A stretch of DNA of 64,000 bases, taken from Thermoplasmata archaeon (GTDB lineage: Archaea; Thermoplasmatota; E2; JACPAO01; JAHFTW01). The position numbers and the translations under genes are program-made. The DNA is taken from positions 423,171-487,170 of the forward strand of contig JAXDQS010000010.1 of the NCBI GenBank assembly GCA_034667725.1. The letters are read 5' to 3'. The notes beneath the pieces are model-generated. The model was not told where the DNA came from. It saw nothing but the letters and a program-made list of their open reading frames with translations, and searched no databases. Positions 9,697-19,663 of this stretch are shown here, piece by piece. The first letter of the stretch is position 1; each line of letters opens with the position of its first letter.

Positions 9697-11367
9697 ATGG
9701 CGCCCCTCATGGCAAACCGTCGCCATCGCCTGCCGGACGCGTTCCCGGTCGGGGCCGAGCTTCCCCGCCAAATCTGGCAAACCCGGCACACCATCGTGCT
9801 GTGGGTCATCTTCCTGCAAGCCGTCGCCTTGGTCGTCTTCGGCGCCTTCATGGGCTGGGGCTGGCCGCTCGCGCTTGCGGAGGGCGGCGCGGTCGCGGCC
9901 CTCGGCGCGGTCGCGGCCTGGCCCCGCCTGTCCCTGCGCTGGCGCAGCTCGTTCGCGGCCTTGGCCTGCGTGACGGCCTCCGCCGTCCTCGTCCAGTTCT
10001 CCGGCGGCTACATCGAGGCGCACTTCCACTTCTTCGTCATGGTCGCGCTCATCACCCTCTACCAGGACTGGGTGCCGTTCCTCATCGCGGTCGCCTACGT
10101 GGCCGTCGACCACGGCGTCGTGGGCACCTTGGCGCCCAACTGGGTGTACAACCACCCCCACGCCTTGGCCAACCCTTGGGAATGGGCCGCGATCCACGCC
10201 GCCATGGTCCTGGCCCAGGCCGCCGCCCTGCTGGCGTTCTGGAGCGGCGCCGAAAAGGCGCGCGCCCGCAGCGACCTCCTGCTTGCCTCCGCCGGGGAGC
10301 CCATCATCGGCCTTGACGGCGGCGGCAACATCGAGTTCCTCAACCCCGCCGCGGCCCGGCTGTTCGGCCCCGCCGCCAACCTCGTCGGCAAGCCGCTCGC
10401 CTCCCGCCTGGCGCGGCCGGACGGGGGGCCGGTGGCGCTGCTTTCCATCGAGGGCAGCCCCGCCATCGAGGGCCTGGTGCGGCGCCCGGACGGCACGGCG
10501 ACGCCGGTGGAGTGGACGGTCACGCCGGCGCCCCGCTCGGACGACTCGGTCGCCCACGTCGTCGCGCTGCGCGACCTGACGGAGCGCAAGCGGGCCGAGC
10601 GCGAGCGGCTGGAGCGGCTGCTGTCGCAGGACCGCTTCAAGACCCAGCTCCTGAACACGGCGTCCCATGAGCTGAACACGCCGATCAGCGTGCTGCAGCT
10701 CCAGCTCCATCTGCTCAAGACCCATGTGCCCGACTGCAGCCCGGCCGCCCGCGAGGCCCTGACTGTGCTGGACCGCAACGTGGACCGCCTCGGCGTCCTG
10801 GTGCGCAGCACGCTCGACGTCGCCCGCATCGAGAGCGGCCAGCTCCGGCTCGACGTGGCGCCCGTGGACATGGCCCAGGTCGTTGCCGAGACCCACCAGG
10901 CGTTCGCGGACGCGGCGGCCCAGCGCGGGGTCGCCTTGTCGTGGAGCGGCCCGCGGCAGGCGACCCTGGAGGCCGACGCCGGCCGCCTCACCCAAGTGCT
11001 GTTCAACCTGGTCTCCAACGCCCTCAAGTTCACCCCGCCGGGCGGCATCGTCCAGGTGGAGGTGCAGGCCGGCGACGACACGGTCTGCGTGCGGGTGCGC
11101 GACAGCGGCGTCGGGCTGACCCGCGAGCAGGCAAGCCGCCTGTTCCAGCCGTTCAGCCAGGTCCACGAGGGGCAAGGCTATGGCGGCACGGGCCTGGGCC
11201 TCTACATCACCAAGGGCATCGTGGAGCTGCACGGCGGCCGGGTCTGGCACGAGAGCCAAGGGCCGGGCCACGGGTCGCTGTTCGGCTTCGAGGTCCCGCG
11301 CGCGCCTGCCGCCTCCGTCCTCCAACCCACCCCGGTGCTGGCGGGCGCTAGCGCAGGACGTCCTTGA
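9697..11367 (+). CDS. Membrane sensor histidine kinase (multi-TM, PAS)
   Basis: GGYIEAHFHFF membrane sensor, ASHELNTP, NLVSNALKFT, GTGLGL. Confidence 0.88.
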   Translation: MAPLMANRRHRLPDAFPVGAELPRQIWQTRHTIVLWVIFLQAVALVVFGAFMGWGWPLALAEGGAVAALGAVAAWPRLSLRWRSSFAALACVTASAVLVQFSGGYIEAHFHFFVMVALITLYQDWVPFLIAVAYVAVDHGVVGTLAPNWVYNHPHALANPWEWAAIHAAMVLAQAAALLAFWSGAEKARARSDLLLASAGEPIIGLDGGGNIEFLNPAAARLFGPAANLVGKPLASRLARPDGGPVALLSIEGSPAIEGLVRRPDGTATPVEWTVTPAPRSDDSVAHVVALRDLTERKRAERERLERLLSQDRFKTQLLNTASHELNTPISVLQLQLHLLKTHVPDCSPAAREALTVLDRNVDRLGVLVRSTLDVARIESGQLRLDVAPVDMAQVVAETHQAFADAAAQRGVALSWSGPRQATLEADAGRLTQVLFNLVSNALKFTPPGGIVQVEVQAGDDTVCVRVRDSGVGLTREQASRLFQPFSQVHEGQGYGGTGLGLYITKGIVELHGGRVWHESQGPGHGSLFGFEVPRAPAASVLQPTPVLAGASAGRP

Positions 11368-11731
11368 GGACCTGGGCGAAGGCGGCGGCGCCGCGCGACT
11401 TCTCGACGAACGCGTCCAGCCGGACGTCCTGGCCGGCCCGGTGCGCCAGCCCCGAGTCGGCGTAGGCGGTCATCAGGACGCGCCGCGCGTCGGGGGCCAG
11501 CACCGTGCTGCGGTTCAGGAACTCGGCGCCGTCCATGTCGGGCATGCGGTAGTCGGACAGGATGGCGTGCGGGACGCGGTGCTGCATCTTCTCCAGCGCC
11601 GCCGTGCCAGAGCTGGCGGTCATCACCTCGACGTCGGGGACGCACGCCTTGGCAAAGTGCTGGAGGATGCCCAGCATGTCCGGCTCGTCGTCGACGATCA
11701 GCAGGACGCGCGGGCCGGCGTCTTGGGACAC
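11348..11731 (-). CDS. Single-domain response regulator receiver
   Basis: LLIVDDEP, ILSDYRMPDMDG, MTAY, VEK. Confidence 0.88.
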   Translation of the reverse strand: MSQDAGPRVLLIVDDEPDMLGILQHFAKACVPDVEVMTASSGTAALEKMQHRVPHAILSDYRMPDMDGAEFLNRSTVLAPDARRVLMTAYADSGLAHRAGQDVRLDAFVEKSRGAAAFAQVLKDVLR

Positions 11732-11787
11732 GCGGAGGAATGCGTGGAGGACGATTTAGCCCCGGAGGTCTTCGGCCGGCGCCGCGC

Positions 11788-13008
11788 TCAGTCCACGTAG
11801 CCCGAGCTTCCCTTCGGCCCCAGCCACGACCCGTGGTAGCCCGCGTCCTCCGCCCCGACCGCCCACTTGGTGGCCAAGAGCGGCTTGAAGGTGTCCACCA
11901 TGACCGCCAGCTCGTCCGTCCGGTCATGCCCGAACGACGCCTCGTAGCGGCCGGGCTGCGGCGCGTGCGGGACGCCGGCGGGGTGCAGGCTCACGGAGGC
12001 GGGCCCGACGCCCTTGCGGCTGGTGAAGTTGCCCTCGACGTACCACAGCACCTCGTCGCAATCGACCGAGGAGTGCGGGTAGGGGCACGGGATCGCCTTC
12101 GGATGGTAGTCCACCTTGCGGGGCACGAACGAGCAGACCACGAAGGCGCCGCGGCCGCCGAGGAAGGTGGTGTGCACCGGTGGCGGCAAGTGGACGAGGC
12201 CGGTCTTGGGCTGGTAGTCGCGGATGCTGAACGCCACCGGGTACATGGCGCCGTCCCAGCCGACCACGTCGAACGGATGATGCGGCAGCACGCGCACGGT
12301 GTAGCGGTCGCCCCGCTTCAGGGTCACGCGCACGCGGCCCTGCTCGTCCATGTCTTCCTGGTTCGGCTCCGACAGCATCGACGGCCGCCGGAAGTCGCGG
12401 TGGCAGTACGGCGCGTCCATGGTGAGCTGCCCCGCCGGGTTGCGGAAGTTGGATGGGATGTCGAGCCCCGTGCGGCACTCCATCACCATGACGTGGGACC
12501 GCCCCGACAGCCGCAGCCGATGGATGAGCCCGCGCGGGATCCAGACGTAGTCGTGCCGCCGCACCTCCAGCGTGCCCAGCTCCGAGTCGAGCGTGCCGGC
12601 CCCTTCATGCAGGAACAGCAGCAGGTCGCCGTCGCCGTTCTGGAGCAGCCCCGAGTCCTGGATGGTGGGCTCGCTGGTGCCGATGCGGACGTCGTCGTTG
12701 CCGCACAGCACCCGCAACGACTCCCACAGCCGCCCAGCGCCGGCGACACCTGGGGCGCGGAAATGGCGCCGGCGCAACAGCGGGTCGGGGACCGGCTCGA
12801 AGGTGTCGCGCACCGGGCTGGGCTCCTGGGCCACCTCGCGCGCCGGGTTGTTCTTGCGGTACGCGATGGCGTAGGAGCCGTCGAAGCCCTTGCGGGTCAT
12901 GCAGTGCTCGTAGTAGACGGGGCAGCCGTCGACGTCGTCGCCCTTGGCCCGGGGATGCTGGATGTGGTGCTTCGCCGGCACGGACCCGAGGCGGTGGTAG
13001 TCGAGCAT
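11788..13008 (-). CDS. hmgA: Homogentisate 1,2-dioxygenase
   Basis: HHPFDVVGWDG, VHLPPPVH, PYPHSSVDCDE, HPAGVPHAP, ELAVMVDTF. Confidence 0.92.
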   Translation of the reverse strand: MLDYHRLGSVPAKHHIQHPRAKGDDVDGCPVYYEHCMTRKGFDGSYAIAYRKNNPAREVAQEPSPVRDTFEPVPDPLLRRRHFRAPGVAGAGRLWESLRVLCGNDDVRIGTSEPTIQDSGLLQNGDGDLLLFLHEGAGTLDSELGTLEVRRHDYVWIPRGLIHRLRLSGRSHVMVMECRTGLDIPSNFRNPAGQLTMDAPYCHRDFRRPSMLSEPNQEDMDEQGRVRVTLKRGDRYTVRVLPHHPFDVVGWDGAMYPVAFSIRDYQPKTGLVHLPPPVHTTFLGGRGAFVVCSFVPRKVDYHPKAIPCPYPHSSVDCDEVLWYVEGNFTSRKGVGPASVSLHPAGVPHAPQPGRYEASFGHDRTDELAVMVDTFKPLLATKWAVGAEDAGYHGSWLGPKGSSGYVD

Positions 13009-13067
13009 TGGCGCCCCCGCCATGCCCCCGTGGACCTTAAGGCAGCGCGGCAAGTCGCGGCCCTGCC

Positions 13068-14354
13068 ATGCTTGACATCCGCCTCCTGCGCGAGACCCCG
13101 GACGTGGTGCGCGCGGACCTCCAGAAGCGCGGCCGCGACGCCGCCGTGGTGGAGCAGGTGCGCGGCCTCGACGCCCAGTGGCGCGAGGGGCTTTCCAGGA
13201 TGGAGGCGTTGCGGGCGGAGCGCAACCGCAGCGGCAAGGCCATCGCCGAGGCCAAGAAGGCGGGGCAGGACGCCAAGCCCGTGCTCGAGCGCATGGCCGC
13301 CGTCGGCGCGGAGCTGGCGGCGCTGGAGAAGTCGGTGCCCGACGCGGAGAAGGAACGTGACGGGCTCCTGCGGACCATCCCCAACCTCATGCACCCGTCG
13401 GTCCCGGTCGGCAAGGACGACTCCGAGAACGTCGAGATCCGGGCGTGGGGCGGCAAGCCGAAGCACCCGTTCGCCGCCGTGAGCCATGTGGACCTGCTGG
13501 AGTCGCTGGACGTGGCCGACCTGGAGCGGGCGGCGCGCGCGGCGGGGGCCCGGTTCTTCTACCTCAAGGGCGACCTCGTCCTCTTGGGCCGTGCGCTGGA
13601 GCTGTTCGCGTTGCAGCACCTGGCGAAGAAGGGCTTCACCGCCATCGAGCCGCCCTACATGCTCCGGCGCGAGGCCATGGAAGGGGCGGTGGACCTCGCC
13701 GACTTCGAGTCCGTCATCTACAAGGTCGAGGCCGAGGCCAAGGAGCCGCCGCTCTACCTCATCGCCACCTCCGAGCACCCCATCGCCGCGATGCACATGG
13801 GCGAGATCCTCGACGACAAGGCGCTGCCGCTGCTCTACGCCGGCGTGTCGCCGTGCTTCCGCAAGGAGGCCGGCGCCCACGGCAAGGACACCAAGGGCAT
13901 CTTCCGTGTCCACCAGTTCAGCAAGGTCGAGCAGTTCGTCTACTGCAAGCCCGAGGACTCCTGGCGCATCCACGAGGAGCTGGTCCGGAACGCAGAGGAG
14001 CTGTACCAGGCGCTTGGCATCCCGTACCGCGTCGTCAACATCTGCACCGGCGACCTAGGCTCCATCGCGGCCAAGAAGTACGACATCGAGGCCTGGATGC
14101 CGGTCCAGCAAGCCTACCGCGAGGTCGTGTCGTGCAGCAACTGCACCGACTTCCAGGCCCGCCGCTACAACACCCGCAGCCGCGCCAACCCGGGGGACCC
14201 GACGGCCATCGTGCACACCCTCAACTCGACCGCCATCGCCGTCCAGCGCACCTTGGTCGCGATCCTGGAGAACTTCCAGCAGGCGGACGGCACCGTGGCG
14301 ATCCCCGAGGTGCTGCGGGCGTACGTGGGGAAGGACAAGCTCGCGCCCAAGTGA
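13068..14354 (+). CDS. serS: Serine--tRNA ligase
   Basis: MLDIRLLR, IATSEHP, CFRKEAG, EVVSCSNCTDFQAR, HTLNSTAIA. Confidence 0.97.
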   Translation: MLDIRLLRETPDVVRADLQKRGRDAAVVEQVRGLDAQWREGLSRMEALRAERNRSGKAIAEAKKAGQDAKPVLERMAAVGAELAALEKSVPDAEKERDGLLRTIPNLMHPSVPVGKDDSENVEIRAWGGKPKHPFAAVSHVDLLESLDVADLERAARAAGARFFYLKGDLVLLGRALELFALQHLAKKGFTAIEPPYMLRREAMEGAVDLADFESVIYKVEAEAKEPPLYLIATSEHPIAAMHMGEILDDKALPLLYAGVSPCFRKEAGAHGKDTKGIFRVHQFSKVEQFVYCKPEDSWRIHEELVRNAEELYQALGIPYRVVNICTGDLGSIAAKKYDIEAWMPVQQAYREVVSCSNCTDFQARRYNTRSRANPGDPTAIVHTLNSTAIAVQRTLVAILENFQQADGTVAIPEVLRAYVGKDKLAPK

Positions 14355-14357
14355 CGG

Positions 14358-14417
14358 ACCACGGATTGCACGGATTCCACGGACCAGAGGTTCCGTGCAA
14401 TCCGTGGCATCCGTGGT
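14358..14417. repeat. Palindromic CACGG repeat, copy 1
   Basis: (CACGGA-N3)x3 followed by its inverse (TCCGTG)x3. Confidence 0.85.
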
Positions 14418-14482
14418 TCAGGCAGGCGCGGAGCCTGCCCTGAACCAAGAGGATGAACACCCTCCAGCCTTGCCCGCCCCCG

Positions 14483-14935
14483 ATGAAGGCGCACGAGCTG
14501 GGCCATGCGGTGTTCTACGTCCGCGACCTGCAGGCGAGCCTCCGGTTCTACCGCGACACGCTGGGCTTCCAGGTGGTCGGCGACGCGTTCGGCGGCAAGG
14601 CGGCGGCGCTGGTGGGCAACAACCGCCGCACCCACCACGAGCTGCTGCTGATCGAGGTCGGCGACGCGCCCGGCAACCCGCCCGGCCGCCGCCGCGGGCT
14701 CTACCACATCGGCATCAAGGTCGGCGACTCGAAGGAGGAGCTGCGCGCCGCCGTGGACGAGCTCCGGAAGGCGGGCGTCGCCATCGACGGCTCGTCGGAC
14801 CACACCGTGAGCTGGAGCCTCTACCTCACCGACCCGGACGGCAACGAGGTCGAGCTCTACTGCGACAACCCGGCCATCGACTGGAAGAAGGATCCGAGTT
14901 CGGTGATGGCGCCGATCCGGCGGCTGCAGATCTAG
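14483..14935 (+). CDS. VOC/glyoxalase-family protein
   Basis: ELGHAVFYVRDL, HHEL, GLYHIG, YLTDPDGNEVELY. Confidence 0.85.
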   Translation: MKAHELGHAVFYVRDLQASLRFYRDTLGFQVVGDAFGGKAAALVGNNRRTHHELLLIEVGDAPGNPPGRRRGLYHIGIKVGDSKEELRAAVDELRKAGVAIDGSSDHTVSWSLYLTDPDGNEVELYCDNPAIDWKKDPSSVMAPIRRLQI

Positions 14936-15465
14936 CTGGGTGCTGCGACCGACGCCTGCTCCAAGCCCCGCAGGGTCACGGTCTTGACGCCGCGCACCCG
15001 CTGCAACAGGGGAATCAGGCTGCCTGGAACGGGCTCGTTGGTGACCACGAACAGCACGGGCTCCTCGGTGAAGGCGGGGTCCTCGACGATGGCTTGGCGG
15101 ATGCTCAGGCCGGACTCGGCGATGACCAGCGAGACGCCGGCGAGGATGCCGGGCTGGCGGGCGTCCTGGGCGACGATCTGGAGCACGCCGGCGCCCATGG
15201 CGGGGGCGACGTCCTTGAGGTGCAGGGTGGGCGCGAACCGGCTGAAGGCGCGCAGCAGCTCGGGGTCGCCACCGATGGTCTCGACGGTGCTGCGGACGAT
15301 GCGGCGGTCGACGCCGGCGGCGCGGGCCAAGGCGGTGTCGGTGATCTCGATGTTGCCGGCCTTGACCTCGCGGCCCTCGATGCGCAGCCCGTTCTGGATC
15401 ATGAGGCGCACCACCTTCTCTTGGGCGGGGTAGCGGCGGAAGTGGTCAATCAGGACTTGCCACAT
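14932..15465 (-). CDS. Archaeal ACT-domain regulator of amino-acid metabolism (COG2150-like)
   Basis: FRRYPAQEKVVRLM, HTH ALARAAGVDRRIV, ACT motif PGILAGVS..ISIRQ-like. Confidence 0.8.
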   Translation of the reverse strand: MWQVLIDHFRRYPAQEKVVRLMIQNGLRIEGREVKAGNIEITDTALARAAGVDRRIVRSTVETIGGDPELLRAFSRFAPTLHLKDVAPAMGAGVLQIVAQDARQPGILAGVSLVIAESGLSIRQAIVEDPAFTEEPVLFVVTNEPVPGSLIPLLQRVRGVKTVTLRGLEQASVAAPS

Positions 15466-15476
15466 GTGCGGTTCGA

Positions 15477-15546
15477 TGTCCAGATGTGGACTTAACGCTT
15501 GTCCAACCATGGACAATGACGGCGCATTTTGTCCAATCGCGGAGAA
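15477..15546. promoter_or_regulatory. Triple operator TGTCCA-N4-TGGACA
   Basis: 15477-15492 (TGTCCA GATG TGGACT), 15499-15516 (perfect TTGTCCA ACCA TGGACAA), 15529-15546 (degenerate). Confidence 0.7.
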
Positions 15547-15571
15547 ATATGTCGCCCCGGTGGCCGGCGCG

Positions 15572-16315
15572 ATGAGTGGAACCGCCCTCCGCCTGCGCCG
15601 CCTGGCCCCCAAAGGGACCTGGCTCATGGTGCCCCTCGACCACGGCGTCTCGATGGGCGTCGTCCCCGGCCTGGAGCGGCCCGCCGGGATGCTGGAGGCG
15701 GCGGCCCGCGGCGGCGCCACCTGCGTCACCCTGCACCGCGGCCTGGTCCCGCTCGCGGCCCGCCACGCCGGCGACCTCGGCGTCCTCTTGCACCTGTCCG
15801 CCAGCACGATGCACGCCCCCGACCCCGACGACAAGCGCCTGGTGGCCTCCGTCGCCGACGCCGTCCGGATGGGCTGCGACGGGGTCAGCATCCACCTCAA
15901 CCTGGGATCGGCCACCGAGGCGGACCAACTGGAGGAGGCGGGCGAGGTCGCCACCGAATGCCAGGAATGGGGGATGCCGCTGGTCGTCATGGCCTACCCC
16001 CGCGGCCCGAAGGTCAAGGACCCGTTCGACCCGGTGCTGGTGGCCCACGCCGCCCGCCTGGCCGCCGAGCTGGGCGCCGACGCCGTCAAGGTCCCCTACA
16101 CCGGCTCCGCCGCGACCTTCCGCCCCGTCGTCGAAGGCTGCGGCATCCCGGTCCTGGTGGCCGGCGGCCCGGCCCGCGCCGACCTGGGGGGCCTGCTGGC
16201 CGACGTCCGCGACGCCCGCGCCGCCGGGGCCGCCGGGGTCAGCGTCGGTCGGAACGCCTTCCAAAACGCTCAACCCCGCGAGGCCATCGCGGCCCTCGCC
16301 CGCGTGTTGGCATGA
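15572..16315 (+). CDS. aroA': 2-amino-3,7-dideoxy-D-threo-hept-6-ulosonate synthase (DhnA-type aldolase)
   Basis: VPLDHG, MAYPRG, AAELGADAVKVPY, VAGG, SVGRN; first gene of the aro operon. Confidence 0.85.
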   Translation: MSGTALRLRRLAPKGTWLMVPLDHGVSMGVVPGLERPAGMLEAAARGGATCVTLHRGLVPLAARHAGDLGVLLHLSASTMHAPDPDDKRLVASVADAVRMGCDGVSIHLNLGSATEADQLEEAGEVATECQEWGMPLVVMAYPRGPKVKDPFDPVLVAHAARLAAELGADAVKVPYTGSAATFRPVVEGCGIPVLVAGGPARADLGGLLADVRDARAAGAAGVSVGRNAFQNAQPREAIAALARVLA

Positions 16316-17472
16316 AGCGCGTCCTCTGGATCGACCTCCGCCACGTGCCCGTCCACAAACGGCTGGGCCACCTTCGCACCTTGGCCGACTCCGGCGCCGC
16401 CGCCGTCCTCCTGGAGAAAGGGGACGCGCACCACGGCCGCGAGGGGCTGGCCGCCATCACGGTCGATGCCAAGGGCGGGCTGCGGCAGGGCGGCAAGCCG
16501 GTCGGCCGGGTCGTCCGGGTCCATGACAAGGCGTCCCAGGCCCGCGCCGCCAAGGCCAAGGGCATCCTGGTCGCCAAGCCCGACGCCACCGCCTGGAAGG
16601 TGATTCCGCTGGAGAACCTCCTTGCCGCCCGCGCCGGCGCCCCCGTCTACGCCTGGACGCAGGACCCCAAGGACATCCCCATGCTGCTCACCGTGCTGGA
16701 GCGCGGCGTGGACGGCATCGTGCTTGCCCCTGAGTCCCCGATGGACATCCTCGAGTGCCGCGCCGCCATGGCGCACGTGCCGCACCAGGCCCGCCCCGCC
16801 GCGGCCGCCGCCAACCCGCCGCCGGTGCTGCCGGCCCAAGCCCCGCCCGCGCCCCAGCAGCTCGTGGTCACTGGCCCTCTGCGCTCGCTCCACGAAGGCG
16901 CCCCACGCCCAGACCTCGAGATGCCGACGGCGCTCGCGTTCGAGCCCGCCCGCGTCACCCGCATCGAGCGGGTCGGCGTCGCGGAACGGGTCTGCGTCGA
17001 CGCCACCGCCCGCTTCGAGGCCGACGAAGGCCTCCTCGTCGGCTCAACGGCCAAGTCGTTCTGCCTCGTGCTGTCGGAGACCGCCCAGAGCGACCTGGTG
17101 CCGGCGCGGCCGTTCCGGGTCAACGCCGGCGCCGTCCACTCCTACCTGCTCGCCCCCGGCGGCCGCACCAGCTACCTCACGGAGCTGGCCGCAGGCTCCC
17201 CCGTCCTGGCCGCGACGGCGGCGGGGCGCACCCGCGAGCTCGTGGTCGGCCGTGCCAAGATCGAGCCGCGCCCCCACCTGCTGCTCGCCTGGCAAGGCCC
17301 GAGCGGGGCCGGCTCCGTCGTGCTGCAAGAAGCCGAGACGGTGCGGGTCGCGACCCCGAACGGCCCCCGCGCCGTGACGCAGCTCCGCGTCGGCGACGCC
17401 ATCCTCGCGCACCCCGAGTCCGCGGGCCGCCACACCGGGCTGCCGGTCGGCGGGAGCCTGGAGGAGCGCTGA
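16312..17472 (+). CDS. aroB': 3-dehydroquinate synthase II
   Basis: WKVIPLENL, RVCVD, RPFRVNAGAVHSY, VGRAKIEPRP, LQEAETV, GRHTG. Confidence 0.9.
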   Translation: MKRVLWIDLRHVPVHKRLGHLRTLADSGAAAVLLEKGDAHHGREGLAAITVDAKGGLRQGGKPVGRVVRVHDKASQARAAKAKGILVAKPDATAWKVIPLENLLAARAGAPVYAWTQDPKDIPMLLTVLERGVDGIVLAPESPMDILECRAAMAHVPHQARPAAAAANPPPVLPAQAPPAPQQLVVTGPLRSLHEGAPRPDLEMPTALAFEPARVTRIERVGVAERVCVDATARFEADEGLLVGSTAKSFCLVLSETAQSDLVPARPFRVNAGAVHSYLLAPGGRTSYLTELAAGSPVLAATAAGRTRELVVGRAKIEPRPHLLLAWQGPSGAGSVVLQEAETVRVATPNGPRAVTQLRVGDAILAHPESAGRHTGLPVGGSLEER

Positions 17473-18872
17473 TGCACCGCCTTGTTGCCTCGTGCGCGGG
17501 CGACCTGCCCGCCGTGACCGCAGCACTCCGGGCGCTGCCGGCCGGCGTCGACGCCGCCGAGGTCCGCTTCGACCGCCTGTGGCAGGCCGTCCCGAACGAG
17601 GACGAGGCCGAGCGCACCATCGAGGCCGTCCTCGGCGCCGCCAAGGTCCCGCTGGTCGCGACCCTCCGGCCGCGCAGCCACGGCGGCGGCTTCGGCGGCA
17701 CCGAGGCCGAGCGGGTCAACCTGCTGGCCGCCCTCGCCCGCCTCGGCTTCGAGCCCGACCTGGAGTCGCACCTGCTGGAGGTCCCTGGGCTCGCCGGCCA
17801 GGTCCGCGACGGCACCCTCGCGGTGGCCAGCCACCACCACGCCGGCGAGGCGCCGTGCCGCGACGACGGCCTGCGCCGCCTGCTGCAACTGCAAGACGCC
17901 GGCACCGGCCTGGAGAAGCTCGCGTTCACCTCCAGCAGCTTCGCGGACCACCTGCGCGCGCTCGAGTTGGCCCGCGCCCACGCCGAGCGCGGCGGCAAGC
18001 CCTGCCTCAGCCCGATGGGCTCCGGCGGCGCCCTGCTGCGGGCGCTGCTGCCGCTGGCCGGCAACCAGGCGACCTACGGCCACGCGCCCGGCCTGCCGCC
18101 CGCCGTTCCCGGCCAGCCCGGCGCCGACGAACTGCTCGCCATCTGGCGGCACTGGGGCCTCGACCCGAAGGAGGCCACCGGCGGCCGCTGGCTCGCGGTG
18201 CTCGGCACCCCGGTCGCGCACAGCCTCAGCCCGCGCATGATGAACGCCGCGCTGCGCGCCGCCGGCCGCCCCGAGCGCTTCGGCGCGCTGGAGGTGCCCG
18301 CCAGCGCCGGCGCGCTCCGCCTGCTGCTGCACGTGGCCGACCGCATCGGCCTCGCCGGCGCCAGCGTCACGATGCCGCACAAGGCCGAGGCGCTGCGGAT
18401 GGTGCAGGCCGACGCCCTGGCCAAGGAGGTCGGCGCCGTCAACTGCATCACCTTCGGCCCGACGGGCGCCACCGGCACCAACACCGACGCGCCCGCCTTG
18501 GTCGAGGTGCTGCGCCCGCACGCCGGCGGCACCGCCCTCGTCCTGGGCGCCGGCGGCGCGGCGCGCGCGGCCGTGTGGGCGCTGCGGCAGCTCGGCGCCA
18601 AGGCCCAGGTCGCCAGCCGCAGCCAGGACGGCATCGCGACCCTGGCGTGGGCGCGGCGGCACGAGGCCGCCGCCGACGTGGTCGTCAACGCCACGCCGCT
18701 TGCGGCCCCCCTCGACCGCCTGCCGCCCGGCGCCGCCTACGTCGACCTCGCCTACGGCCACGGCCTGTCCGCGGACGGCCGGCGCGCGCTCTTGGAGCAG
18801 GGCGTGCTGGCGTACCGCTCCTGGTTCGGCGCGGCGCCCGACCAGGCCGCCATGGAGCGCGCCCTCGCATGA
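17472..18872 (+). CDS. aroDE: Fused type I dehydroquinate dehydratase / shikimate dehydrogenase
   Basis: EVRFD, TLRPRSHGG, PGQ; then HSLSP, SVTMPHK, AVN, NTD, LGAGGAARA. Confidence 0.85.
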   Translation: MHRLVASCAGDLPAVTAALRALPAGVDAAEVRFDRLWQAVPNEDEAERTIEAVLGAAKVPLVATLRPRSHGGGFGGTEAERVNLLAALARLGFEPDLESHLLEVPGLAGQVRDGTLAVASHHHAGEAPCRDDGLRRLLQLQDAGTGLEKLAFTSSSFADHLRALELARAHAERGGKPCLSPMGSGGALLRALLPLAGNQATYGHAPGLPPAVPGQPGADELLAIWRHWGLDPKEATGGRWLAVLGTPVAHSLSPRMMNAALRAAGRPERFGALEVPASAGALRLLLHVADRIGLAGASVTMPHKAEALRMVQADALAKEVGAVNCITFGPTGATGTNTDAPALVEVLRPHAGGTALVLGAGGAARAAVWALRQLGAKAQVASRSQDGIATLAWARRHEAAADVVVNATPLAAPLDRLPPGAAYVDLAYGHGLSADGRRALLEQGVLAYRSWFGAAPDQAAMERALA

Positions 18873-19663
18873 CCGTCGGCCAGGCGCACGGCGCCGTCAG
18901 CCTCCTCAACGGCACGCTGTGCGGCACCGGCTGCAGCCTCGCCGTCGAGGGCGGCGTCGAGGCCGACTGGCGCTGGCGCCCCGGCGACGGACTGGAGCAC
19001 CACGGCGGCCCCGACGACCTGGTGGTGCGCGCCGTCCACAAGTTCCTCGGCCGCCCCGACGGCGCCACCGTCACCACCCGCTCCGACTGGCCCGCCGCCC
19101 GCGGCCTCAAGACCTCCAGCGCCGCCGCCGCGGCCCTGCTGCGCGCCGCCAGCGACCTGGAAGGCCAGGCCCTCGTGGACGCCGCCGTCTGGTGCAGCCG
19201 CGCCGCCGGCGTCACCCTCACCGGCGCCTGGGACGACCAGTGGGCCGTCACCATGCCGGGCGCGCACCTCGTGGACAACGACCACGGCCACGCCATCGCC
19301 GTCCTCGCCGTCGCCCCCTTGCCGGTCGCGGTCTGGGTGCCGGACGCCGCCATCCCGAAGCCGAAGGCCGCCACCGTCCCGGTCCCCGCGTCCGCCAAGG
19401 CCGAGGCGCGCGCCATCTCCGAGCTCATCCGCGACGCCGACATCATGGCGGCGATGCAGCGCAACGGCCGCCTGGTGCACAAGCTGTACGCCGCCGCCGG
19501 CCTGCCCGTCACCGACAAGCCGGCGCGGGTCGCCATGGACGCCGGCGCGCTGGCCGCCAGCATCACCGGCACGGGCCCTGCGGTCGCCGCGCTGTTCGAG
19601 GCGCCGGTGCCGCTGCCCGAGGTCGCGGGCGGCGCGTGGCGGTGGACGCGGGTGGTCGCGTGA
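18869..19663 (+). CDS. aroK: Archaeal (GHMP-type) shikimate kinase
   Basis: GAVSLLN, GLKTSSA, TLTGAWDD, ITGTGPA. Confidence 0.88.
   Translation: MTVGQAHGAVSLLNGTLCGTGCSLAVEGGVEADWRWRPGDGLEHHGGPDDLVVRAVHKFLGRPDGATVTTRSDWPAARGLKTSSAAAAALLRAASDLEGQALVDAAVWCSRAAGVTLTGAWDDQWAVTMPGAHLVDNDHGHAIAVLAVAPLPVAVWVPDAAIPKPKAATVPVPASAKAEARAISELIRDADIMAAMQRNGRLVHKLYAAAGLPVTDKPARVAMDAGALAASITGTGPAVAALFEAPVPLPEVAGGAWRWTRVVA

Noticed and set aside
14358-14417. CACGG repeats as a CRISPR array or tRNA
   Set aside because: Single dispersed palindromes without spacers; no cloverleaf.
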